Assembly: GCA_964577475.1 (NCBI GenBank)
Contig: CAZNZI010000018.1
Location: 1-26,327 of the forward strand
Direction of reading: 5' to 3'
Source: an uncultured Rhodospirillaceae bacterium
Lineage (GTDB): Bacteria > Pseudomonadota > Alphaproteobacteria > Rhodospirillales > Magnetospirillaceae
DNA: 26,327 nucleotides
Below the pieces are notes generated by a model. The model had not been told where the DNA came from, ran no database searches, and saw only the letters and a list, made by a program, of their open reading frames with translations. Numbering within the stretch: position 1 is the stretch's first letter; every line of letters begins with the position of its first letter. Both the position numbers and the translations under genes were made by a program. Below, one piece after another: positions 7,056 to 14,784 of the stretch.

Positions 7056-7061
7056 CATCCC

Positions 7062-7706
7062 ATGCCCATCGCCCCCTCAATCACCCCCACCGACACCGAT
7101 GCCCTGATCGTGATCGACATGCAGAACGATTTCTGCCCGGGCGGCGCTCTTGAGGTCAAAGACGGCGACAAGGTGGTGCCGCTGATCAACCGGCTGGGCA
7201 AAGCCTTTCGCCATGTGATCGTGACCCAGGACTGGCATCCGGCCGATCACGCCTCGTTTGCGTCACGCTATCCCGGCAAGGCACCCTTCGAGACCACCGA
7301 GCTTTCCTACGGCACCCAGGTCCTGTGGCCCGACCACTGCGTGCAGAACACGCCGGGTGCCGCTTTCCATAAGGATCTGACGGTCCCCCATGCGGAGCTG
7401 ATCTTGCGCAAGGGCTTCCGCGCACCGATCGATTCCTATTCCGCTTTCGCGGAGAATGACCGCACCACGCCAACCGGGCTTGCTTCCTACCTGCGCGAGC
7501 GTGGACTGACGCGGCTCTTCATCGCCGGGCTCGCCTTCGATTTCTGCGTGCTCTATTCGGCGCTCGACGGCAAACGCGCGGGCTTCGACTGCACGGTGAT
7601 CGCCGATGCCTGCCGTTCGGTCGATCTCGGCGGCTCGCATGAGGCGGCGAAGACGCAATACGCCACGGCCGGCGTGCCGCTGATCGATACGGCGGCGATC
7701 GCGTAG
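7062..7706 (+). CDS. pncA: Nicotinamidase/pyrazinamidase (isochorismatase family), 214 aa
   Basis: ALIVIDMQNDFCPGGAL, TQDWHP, LWPDHCVQ, RKGF..IDSYSAF, GLAFDFCV (catalytic Cys). Confidence 0.95.
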   Translation: MPIAPSITPTDTDALIVIDMQNDFCPGGALEVKDGDKVVPLINRLGKAFRHVIVTQDWHPADHASFASRYPGKAPFETTELSYGTQVLWPDHCVQNTPGAAFHKDLTVPHAELILRKGFRAPIDSYSAFAENDRTTPTGLASYLRERGLTRLFIAGLAFDFCVLYSALDGKRAGFDCTVIADACRSVDLGGSHEAAKTQYATAGVPLIDTAAIA

Positions 7707-7713
7707 TGCCGTT

Positions 7714-7831
7714 GCCCACCCTTCGAGACGGCTGCTTTGCAGCTGCGGCGTATACGTCGCACAGGGTGAGGACTTAATTGAAAACCTCATGCTGAGGAGC
7801 CTTGCGGAGCAAGGCGTCTCGAAGCATGGGC
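7714..7831. repeat. REP-like doublet (CTTCGAGACG / CGTCTCGAAG type) with an 18-nt palindrome inserted in the left arm
   Basis: Outer arms gcccacccttcgagacg 7714-7730 / cgtctcgaagcatgggc 7815-7831 (15/17); inner cagggtgagg 7762-7771 / cctcatgctg 7785-7794; between convergent pncA and yccA. Confidence 0.75.
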
Positions 7832-7846
7832 CTCATGGAAATTGCC

Positions 7847-7876
7847 AAAAAAAACCGGGGGCCCTGAGGCCCCCGG
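7847..7876 (-). terminator. Rho-independent terminator of yccA
   Basis: 9-bp stem ccgggggcc 7855-7863 / ggcccccgg 7868-7876, 4-nt loop, followed on the minus strand by T8 (A-run 7847-7854). Confidence 0.85.
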
Positions 7877-7902
7877 AAAGTCACTTCTGCTGGGATGAAC
7901 CG

Positions 7903-8646
7903 TTACTGGCGGCGGTCGCCCATCAGGCGCATCAGCATGATGAAGAGGTTGATGAAGTCGAGATAGAGCGTGAGAGCGCCCATCACCGCCTTCTTCGCCG
8001 CCACATCGCCCGAATCGCCGACCCAGTACATTTCCTTGATCTTCTGCGTGTCGTAGGCGGTGAGGCCCGCGAAGATCACCACACCGATCACCGAGGTGAT
8101 GAAGTACACCATCGAGCTCTGCAGGAAGATGTTCACCAGGCCCGCGATCACGATGCCGATCAGGCCGATGAACAGGAACCGGCCGAAGGCGTTGAGGTCG
8201 CGCTTCGTCGTGTAGCCGTAAAGGCTGAGCGCACCGAACGAGGCCGCCGAGATGAAGAACACGCGCGCGACGCTGATGCCGGTATAGGCCAGCAGGATCG
8301 TCGAGAGCGAGATGCCCATCAGTGCTGCATAGCCCCAGAACACGGCCTGGGCCGTGGAGGTCTGCATGCGGTTGATGCCGAAGCTGAGCAGCATCACGAG
8401 GCCGATCGGGGCGATCACCGCGACCCAACCGAGCCCGGTCAGCCCGATATTGCCGCGCGGCATCACCTGGAAGAACAGGTTGGTCAGCGCCGGCGTATTG
8501 GCCACCAGCAGCGCGACGATACCCGTCAGCGCGAGGCCCGATGCCATGTAGTTGTAGACCCGCAGCATGTACTGCCGCAGGCCGACATCGACCGAAGCGG
8601 CCTGGGCCTGGGACGCGCCCCATGCGCGCTGGGTTTCTAAAGCCAT
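7903..8646 (-). CDS. yccA: Bax inhibitor-1/YccA family membrane protein, 247 aa
   Basis: DVGLRQYMLRVYNYM, LYGYTTKRDL, FAGLTAYDTQKIK, GALTLYLDFINLF; SD GAGGA before ATG 8646. Confidence 0.92.
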   Translation of the reverse strand: MALETQRAWGASQAQAASVDVGLRQYMLRVYNYMASGLALTGIVALLVANTPALTNLFFQVMPRGNIGLTGLGWVAVIAPIGLVMLLSFGINRMQTSTAQAVFWGYAALMGISLSTILLAYTGISVARVFFISAASFGALSLYGYTTKRDLNAFGRFLFIGLIGIVIAGLVNIFLQSSMVYFITSVIGVVIFAGLTAYDTQKIKEMYWVGDSGDVAAKKAVMGALTLYLDFINLFIMLMRLMGDRRQ

Positions 8647-8682
8647 GAAATTCCTCGCTTTCGCAAGACTTCCCTGGTTCAA

Positions 8683-8710
8683 ATATGGCTTAAAAGCCCG
8701 ATGAATCAAG
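8683..8710 (-). promoter_or_regulatory. RpoH (sigma32)-like promoter upstream of yccA
   Basis: CTTGAT (8710-8705)-N16-CCATAT (8688-8683) resembles the CTTGAA...CCCATAT heat-shock consensus. Confidence 0.5.
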
Positions 8711-8727
8711 CGAGATCGGATTAAGCT

Positions 8728-11247
8728 TTATTCATGTCGCAGCTCGCGGGCGGCACGGGCAGCCAAGGTCCTGGCGGTCAAGGCTAATCCCAAGATCAGA
8801 ACGGCGGCGACGGCGCCCAGCGCGGTGGTGGCCACGGGGCCCGGGAGGAAGGCCCATTTGGTCCTCAGGAGATTGATCACCAACGCGCGCGCGGCCCCCG
8901 TGCCCAGCGCCGCCGCGACCGCCGCTGCCGACAGGCCGAGCAGCAGGTATTCGATGGCGAGGGCGGCCAGAAGATCGGCACGGCGCGCGCCCAGCACCTT
9001 GAGGATGACGGTCTCGCGCATCCGCCGCTGCCGACCCGCTGCGATGGCACCTGCCAGCACCATTGCCCCAGCCAGGAGCGTAACGGCGGCGGCGATGCGG
9101 ATGGCCGTCCCCGCGCCCGCCATCACGCCCTTGATCTCGGCCAGCGCTTCCTTGACGCGGATCGCCGATGCGGACGGCGCGGCGGAAGCGGCGGCGCGTT
9201 CCACCTTCAGCTCACCACCCGGCGGGGCGAAGACCGACGCGATATCGCTATAGGGCGCGCCGGCCAGTGCGTTGGGCGTCATTACGAAGGTGAAATTCAT
9301 CGACAGGTTCGACCAGTCGATCTCGCGCAGATTGGCGATCCTGGCCTCGATGTCGCGGCCCAGCACATTGACGGTGATGCTGTCGCCCAAGCCGAGGCCG
9401 AACCCTTTCGCGATATTGGCGTCGAGCGAGACCAGCGGCGGGCCGCTGTAATCGGCCGGCCACCATGCGCCTGCCACCACGCGCGCATCGGGCGGCTGGG
9501 TCGCGGATGTGGTGAGCCCGCGGTCGCCGCGCGCGGCCCATTGTGCATCGGGCGCAATTTTGGCCTTGTCGACCGGCACGCCCGCAATCTTCGTGATCCG
9601 CCCGCGCACCATCGGCGCACGCCGCGCGATCGTGCCGCCCGCATCAGTGACCGCTTTCTCGAAGCCCGCGCCCTGCCCCGCCGGGATGTCGATGAAGAAG
9701 AAAGTCGGCGCGGCCCGCGGCAGGCGCTCGTCGATCTCATGGGCCAGATCGGCCTGCACCAACGCGATGGCTACCAGCACCGTGAGACCGAGGCCGAGCG
9801 AGAGCACGACGCCCGTCGTCGGCGCACCGGGACGATGCAGGCTCGAGAGTGCGATGCGCAGCGGCAGCGCCGCGCGTCCCGTACCGACGTGACGCGCGAC
9901 CGTGCGCGCCAGCCGCATCACCAGCCGCCCGGCGCCGGTGAAGACCAGCAGCGCGATCAGAGCACCGATCACGAATCCGATCGCGAGGCGAATATCAGCC
10001 GCCCCGATAACGGCGAGCGCGGCGAGTGCTGTGCCCGCCAGCGCGATGACGGCGGCGATCCAGGGACGGATACGCGCGCGGGCGGGTGCGACGATGTCGC
10101 GGAACAGCATCGCCGCCGGAACCTCGGCCGCGCGCGCCAGCGGCCACAACGCAAACGCGATGGCGGTCAGCGCACCGAACAGCGCGGCGCGGGCCAACGG
10201 CCAGAGATAGAGGCCGGGCGTCACGTCGATCGGAAAGGCGTCGCCCCAGATGCGGACGGCCACCCAGGGCAGAAGCGCGCCGAGCACCAGGCCGATAGCA
10301 ATCCCCATCAGCGCCACGGCCGCGATCTGCCAGGCATAAATGGCGAGGATCGTGCGCCGCGACGCACCGAGGCATTTCAGTGTGGCGATGGTGCCGAGCC
10401 GGCCTTCGACGAAGGCGCGCACCGCATCGGCCACGCCGATTCCCCCGACCAGCAAGGTGGCGAGGCCGACAAGGGCCAGGAACATCGTGATGTCGCCGAG
10501 GAAGCGCTGCAGCCCCGGCGCGGCATCGGCCGCATCGCGGATCTGCCAGCCGGCCTGGGGGAATTGCTTCTGCACCGAAGTGCGGAATTCGGGCACGGTC
10601 TCGCCGTTGGCCAGGCGCAGCAGCACCGTGCGGTGGATCAGACTGCCGGGCTGGTCGAGGCCCGTCGCCGGCAGCGCGCCGAGACCGATCATCAGTCGAG
10701 GCCCGAGCGAGAAGACCTGCGAGACCTTGTCGGGCTCGCGGATAATCGCGGCGCGCAGGACCAAGCTCGCGTCGCCCAGATGGATCATGTCGCCCAACTT
10801 GGCGCCGAGCTTGTCGATCAGATCGGGATCAGCCGCCGCACCCCAGGTGCCGTCTTTCTGTTCGAGCGCCTTCGTCAGATCCTGCGGCGGGTCGAGCGTG
10901 ACGGCGCCGTAGAGCGGATAGGCGTGATCGACCGCCTTCAATTCGACCAGTGTGCGCGATGACGGCGCGGTGCTTGCCATGGCGCGCATCTCGACTGAAT
11001 TCGCCAGCCTGCCGGCTTGGGCCAGGAACGCCGTCTCGTCGGCATTGGGCTGGCGGTAGGTCAGCACAACCGCGGCATCGCCACCCAGGAGCGAGCGTGC
11101 GTTCTCGGAGAGCGAGCGGTGCAGCGCCGCGTCGAGCGAGCCGGCCGCGGCGATGGTGGCGACGCCCAGCGCGAGACAAGCCAGCAACACGCGAAAGCCT
11201 GAAAGCCCGCCCTTCAACTCGCGCCGCGCCAAACGGAGCGCGAGCAT
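8728..11247 (-). CDS. ybbP: ABC transporter permease, YbbP-like (duplicated FtsX/MacB-type architecture), 839 aa
   Basis: LRLARRELKGG start, LLGGD, ELKAVDHAYPLYG, IATLKCLGA, APTFFFIDI, ILKVLGA; two 4-TM halves; follows the ATPase gene. Confidence 0.88.
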   Translation of the reverse strand: MLALRLARRELKGGLSGFRVLLACLALGVATIAAAGSLDAALHRSLSENARSLLGGDAAVVLTYRQPNADETAFLAQAGRLANSVEMRAMASTAPSSRTLVELKAVDHAYPLYGAVTLDPPQDLTKALEQKDGTWGAAADPDLIDKLGAKLGDMIHLGDASLVLRAAIIREPDKVSQVFSLGPRLMIGLGALPATGLDQPGSLIHRTVLLRLANGETVPEFRTSVQKQFPQAGWQIRDAADAAPGLQRFLGDITMFLALVGLATLLVGGIGVADAVRAFVEGRLGTIATLKCLGASRRTILAIYAWQIAAVALMGIAIGLVLGALLPWVAVRIWGDAFPIDVTPGLYLWPLARAALFGALTAIAFALWPLARAAEVPAAMLFRDIVAPARARIRPWIAAVIALAGTALAALAVIGAADIRLAIGFVIGALIALLVFTGAGRLVMRLARTVARHVGTGRAALPLRIALSSLHRPGAPTTGVVLSLGLGLTVLVAIALVQADLAHEIDERLPRAAPTFFFIDIPAGQGAGFEKAVTDAGGTIARRAPMVRGRITKIAGVPVDKAKIAPDAQWAARGDRGLTTSATQPPDARVVAGAWWPADYSGPPLVSLDANIAKGFGLGLGDSITVNVLGRDIEARIANLREIDWSNLSMNFTFVMTPNALAGAPYSDIASVFAPPGGELKVERAAASAAPSASAIRVKEALAEIKGVMAGAGTAIRIAAAVTLLAGAMVLAGAIAAGRQRRMRETVILKVLGARRADLLAALAIEYLLLGLSAAAVAAALGTGAARALVINLLRTKWAFLPGPVATTALGAVAAVLILGLALTARTLAARAARELRHE

Positions 11248-11249
11248 GC

Positions 11250-11939
11250 TTAGCCGCCGTTCACGGTCGTCACGCGCCCGTCTTCCATCCTGAGCGTGCG
11301 GCCGCAGCGTGCGGCGATGGCGGGATCGTGGGTGATCAGCATCAGGGTGGTGCCCGACTCGGCGTTCAAGGCGAACAGAAGCTCGATCACCGCGTCGCCG
11401 GTGGCGCGATCGAGATTGCCGGTCGGTTCATCGGCCAGCAGCAGCCGCGGCCGGGCGACGAAGGCGCGCGCCAGCGCCACGCGCTGCTGCTCGCCGCCCG
11501 AAAGCTGGCCAGGATAATGGGCCACGCGCGCCTTGAGCCCGACCGCATCGAGCATGCGGCTCGCCTCGGCATTCGCATCGGCGCGCCCGGCCAGTTCGAG
11601 GGGCACGGCCACGTTCTCGAGCGCGGTCATGGTCGGGATCAGATGGAAGGACTGGAAGACGATGCCGACATGATCACGGCGGAAGGCGGCAAGCCGGTCT
11701 TCGTCGAGCGGCGAAAGGTCCGTTCCAGCGACGACGACCTTGCCCGAGGAGGCGCGTTCGAGCCCGGCCGTCACCATCATCAGGGTGGATTTACCCGAGC
11801 CTGACGGACCGACCAGACCGACGGCCTCGCCCGCATGCAGGGTGAAATCGACGCCCTTGAGAATCGGCACCAGCCCGGCGGCGCTGGTCAGCGCCAGATG
11901 GACCTGTTCGAGCTGAACGATGGCGGGGGTTTCAGTCAC
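11250..11939 (-). CDS. ybbA: ABC transporter ATP-binding protein, YbbA/LolD-like, 229 aa
   Basis: Walker A GPSGSGKST, GIVFQSFHL, signature LSGGEQQRV, Walker B LLLADEPTGNLD, H-loop ITHD; GTG 11939 overlaps the upstream stop (GTGA). Confidence 0.9.
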   Translation of the reverse strand: MTETPAIVQLEQVHLALTSAAGLVPILKGVDFTLHAGEAVGLVGPSGSGKSTLMMVTAGLERASSGKVVVAGTDLSPLDEDRLAAFRRDHVGIVFQSFHLIPTMTALENVAVPLELAGRADANAEASRMLDAVGLKARVAHYPGQLSGGEQQRVALARAFVARPRLLLADEPTGNLDRATGDAVIELLFALNAESGTTLMLITHDPAIAARCGRTLRMEDGRVTTVNGG

Positions 11940-12235
11940 GACGGGGGAGCGACGCCGTCGACCAGGATCAGATGGCGCTCGAGGGCCATATCGCGGACGG
12001 CCAGCGCTTCGGCGTATTCCGGCGAGCGGTACCAGGCCTGCGCCTGCTCGCGCGACGGGAATTCGACCACGACGATCAGGCGCGGATTCCAGGCGCCTTC
12101 CAGAAGTTCGACGGCACCGCCGCGCACCAGATACCGGCCGCCATGGCGGGCGATCGACGCCGCGGCGCGTGTGCGGTAAGCCTGCCACGCCCCAGGGTCG
12201 CGTGCAGTCACATCGGAAATGACATAGGCGGCCAT
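11936..12235 (-). CDS. DUF1330 domain-containing protein, 99 aa
   Basis: MAAYVISDV, HGGRYLVRGG, LEGAW.P, VVVEFPSREQAQAWYRSPEY; SD GGGGAG before ATG 12235. Confidence 0.85.
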   Translation of the reverse strand: MAAYVISDVTARDPGAWQAYRTRAAASIARHGGRYLVRGGAVELLEGAWNPRLIVVVEFPSREQAQAWYRSPEYAEALAVRDMALERHLILVDGVAPPS

Positions 12236-12293
12236 GACTGCTCCCCTTCGATCCCATGGACATAAGGCGAAACCGAAAAGCTTTCCACCCCCG

Positions 12294-12322
12294 TTGACCA
12301 CCGGGCCCGATCACGCCACCTT
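12294..12322 (+). promoter_or_regulatory. Sigma70-type promoter placed for a leaderless tesA mRNA
   Basis: TTGACC (12294-12299)-N17-CACCTT (12317-12322)-N7-ATG 12330. Confidence 0.45.
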
Positions 12323-12329
12323 TTGGGGC

Positions 12330-12992
12330 ATGATCTTCGTGTTCCTCCGCCGCTGGTCAGTGTTGGGTATCGCGGCGCTGTTCCTCAGCCTGGGACCCGC
12401 CATGGCCGCCGATCCGATCAAAATCCTGGCCTTCGGTGACAGTCTGACCGCCGGCTATGGCCTGCCCGCCGAAGACGCATTCCCGGTGCAGCTCCAGGCC
12501 GCGCTGAAGGCCAAGGGCTACGATGCCGCCGTCACCAATGCAGGCGTGTCGGGCGACACCACCGCCGACGGCCGCGCGCGCCTGGCCTGGGCGCTCGGCG
12601 CGCCCTTCGACTATGCGATCGTGGAACTGGGCGCCAATGACGCCCTGCGCGGGCTCGATCCGGAACAGGCCTATGCCAATCTCGATTTCATCCTCGGCGC
12701 GCTGGCCGAGAAGCATGTGAAGGTGCTGCTGGCCGGGATGATCGCGCCGCGCAACATGGGCCGCGATTACGTCGATCAGTTCGACGGCGTCTATGCGCGG
12801 CTGATCAAGGCGCATCCCGATGTCGAGCTTTACCCGTTCTTCCTCGCCGCCGTGATCAAGCATCCGGAGATGGCGCAAGCCGACGGGCTGCATCCGACCA
12901 AAGAGGGCGTGGCGGCGATCGTGCAAGCGATCCTGCCCGCCGTCGAGAAACGCATCGGCCCGCCGGGGACGCTAGGAGGCGTGGGGGGATGA
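12330..12992 (+). CDS. tesA: Periplasmic arylesterase/thioesterase I (SGNH), 220 aa
   Basis: Signal peptide ending PAMA-ADP; LAFGDSLTAGYG, NAGVSGDTT, ELGANDALRG, DGLHP; divergent from ybbAP as known for tesA. Confidence 0.9.
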   Translation: MIFVFLRRWSVLGIAALFLSLGPAMAADPIKILAFGDSLTAGYGLPAEDAFPVQLQAALKAKGYDAAVTNAGVSGDTTADGRARLAWALGAPFDYAIVELGANDALRGLDPEQAYANLDFILGALAEKHVKVLLAGMIAPRNMGRDYVDQFDGVYARLIKAHPDVELYPFFLAAVIKHPEMAQADGLHPTKEGVAAIVQAILPAVEKRIGPPGTLGGVGG

Positions 12993-13525
12993 TCCGGCTC
13001 TTCGTCGGCCTCGACCTGCCTGAAGCGTTGCGCGAGCGCCTCGCCGCGGTCGGCGTCGGCATGCCCGGCGCCCACTGGGTGCCGGAGGACAATCTGCACC
13101 TGACACTCCGCTTCATCGGCGAGGTGGACGAAGACGTGGCCAATGATCTGCACGACGCGCTGACCGGCGTGCACGGACCGTCCTTCCCGCTGACCATCGC
13201 GGGCACCGGCATTTTCGAGACGGGGCACCGGCCGCACACCTTCTATGCCGGCGTCGAGAAGTCGGAGCCGCTGTCCCGGCTGCAGAACAAGATCGAGTCG
13301 GCACTGGTGCGCGCGGGGCAGGAACCGGAGCCGCGCAAGTTCACGCCGCACATCACGCTCGCGAAACTGCGCGACACGCCGGGGGCGCGGCTGCAGGATT
13401 TCCTTTCCGCCCATGCGCTGCTGCATGACGAATGGACCGTCGAATACTTCACCCTGTTCTCGAGCCGGCTGGGCTCGGGCGATCCCGTCTATACGGCGGA
13501 AGCCGACTATCCGCTGAGCCTATGA
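12989..13525 (+). CDS. thpR: RNA 2',3'-cyclic phosphodiesterase (2H phosphoesterase, LigT-like), 178 aa
   Basis: MIRLFVGL start, two HxT motifs (HLTLRFIGE, PHITLA), FTLFSSRL; ATGA overlap with the tesA stop. Confidence 0.92.
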   Translation: MIRLFVGLDLPEALRERLAAVGVGMPGAHWVPEDNLHLTLRFIGEVDEDVANDLHDALTGVHGPSFPLTIAGTGIFETGHRPHTFYAGVEKSEPLSRLQNKIESALVRAGQEPEPRKFTPHITLAKLRDTPGARLQDFLSAHALLHDEWTVEYFTLFSSRLGSGDPVYTAEADYPLSL

Positions 13526-14046
13526 AGCGGATCGCGATCCTGATGGCGATGACGATCGCGCTGGCCGCCACAGCCAGTCACGCCGAGGCGCCGCGCGGCA
13601 CGATCGCCTTTCACCGCATCGAGGGCGAACCGCTGACCACCTTCGCCGCGCGCTTCTTCTATAAGCGCCATCCCCATGCCGTGAACTGGTCCTTCGCCAA
13701 GCGCTACCGCGCCGACGAGAACTGGACCGAGATCGTGCACAACCAGGTCTATGCCGCCGATGTCGATCTCAACGACGACGGCACGCCGGAATTGATTCTG
13801 GTGGTCGACAATCCGAATTGGTGCCAGGCCAATGGCTGCCTCGGCGCGATCTTCCGTTCGGTGCCCAAGGGCTACGAGTTGATCTGCGAAACGGCCTTGC
13901 CGCCGCCGGAACAGCCGGCCCTCACGGTATTGCCCGAGATCGAGAACGGCTATCACCATATCGCGACCCAGGACCAGACGATCCTGTGGAACGCCCGGCA
14001 GGATTACGACGCGGGAACGCTATGTGCGACGGAATCGTCGAACTAG
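13522..14046 (+). CDS. Hypothetical exported protein with a DxDLNxDGxxE loop and a Cys pair, 174 aa
   Basis: ATGA overlap with the thpR stop; signal peptide MKRIAILMAMTIALAATASHA-E; ADVDLNDDGTPELIL followed by WCQANGC. Confidence 0.7.
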   Translation: MKRIAILMAMTIALAATASHAEAPRGTIAFHRIEGEPLTTFAARFFYKRHPHAVNWSFAKRYRADENWTEIVHNQVYAADVDLNDDGTPELILVVDNPNWCQANGCLGAIFRSVPKGYELICETALPPPEQPALTVLPEIENGYHHIATQDQTILWNARQDYDAGTLCATESSN

Positions 14047-14051
14047 CACTG

Positions 14052-14165
14052 AGCCCCTACCCTCCCGCTGTCGCGGGTCCCTCCTGCATCGGGCGCCCGC
14101 AAACGCTCCAGTGGAGCGTTTGCAGCCCATGCACCCGCGTGCGGGAGAGGGCTGGGGTAGGGGCT
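14052..14165. repeat. Composite REP-like element related to the CCCTCTCCC family, with two nested hairpin inserts
   Basis: Perfect 11-bp terminal IR agcccctaccc 14052-14062 / gggtaggggct 14155-14165; core cccgcgtgcgggagaggg 14134-14151; innermost hairpin gcaaacgctcc-agt-ggagcgtttgc 14099-14123; between convergent genes. Confidence 0.75.
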
Positions 14166-14179
14166 TTACGCTCTGTCGT

Positions 14180-14779
14180 TCAAACCTTCTGATCCACCCC
14201 GGCATCGCCCGGCTGGATGCTCGCGGTGCCGCTTTTGGCGACACCGACCAGGGCCGGACGCAGCAGGCGATCCGCGATCGTGTAGCCGGCCTGCATCTCA
14301 TGCACCACGGTGCCGGGCGCCGCATCGGCGGTTTCGACTTCCATCATCGCCTGGTGGAGGTGGGGATCGAATTTCTGGCCCATCGCGACGACGCGCTTAA
14401 TGCCGAACTTTTCGAGTGCCGCGATCAACCCGCGCTCGGTCAGCTCCACGCCTTCGGCCAGTTTCTTGGCGAGTTCGTCGGCGGCCAGCTTGTCGGCGGG
14501 GATGTTCTCGATCGCGCGGCGCAGGTTGTCGGCCACGGTCAACATTTCCTTGGCGAAGCTCGACACGGCGTAGCGGCCGCGTTCCTCAGCCTGGGTCTCG
14601 AGGCGGCGGCGCACGTTTTCGGTTTCGGCCATCGCGCGCAGCATGCCGTCCTTCAGCTTGGCGGCCTCGTCCTTCAGCGCGGCGATCTCGGCATTCGCGT
14701 CCGCCGGCGGATTGGCGTCCGGCGATTGCGGTCCGGCGCCCCCGGCGATGCCCGAGGGGTCGAAGTTTTCGTCATTCAT
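14180..14779 (-). CDS. grpE: Nucleotide exchange factor GrpE, 199 aa
   Basis: LRAMAETENVRRR, LTVADNLRRA, GVELTER, FDPHLHQAM, GYTIADRLLRPALVGV. Confidence 0.97.
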   Translation of the reverse strand: MNDENFDPSGIAGGAGPQSPDANPPADANAEIAALKDEAAKLKDGMLRAMAETENVRRRLETQAEERGRYAVSSFAKEMLTVADNLRRAIENIPADKLAADELAKKLAEGVELTERGLIAALEKFGIKRVVAMGQKFDPHLHQAMMEVETADAAPGTVVHEMQAGYTIADRLLRPALVGVAKSGTASIQPGDAGVDQKV

Positions 14780-14784
14780 GGCTT

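Noticed and set aside
14043-14051. CTAGCACTG resembling a CIRCE half-site; CIRCE also sought upstream of hrcA (15880-16051)
   Set aside because: Only a partial half-site, downstream of grpE, with no matching second half. No TTAGCACTC-N9-GAGTGCTAA was seen in the hrcA promoter region.
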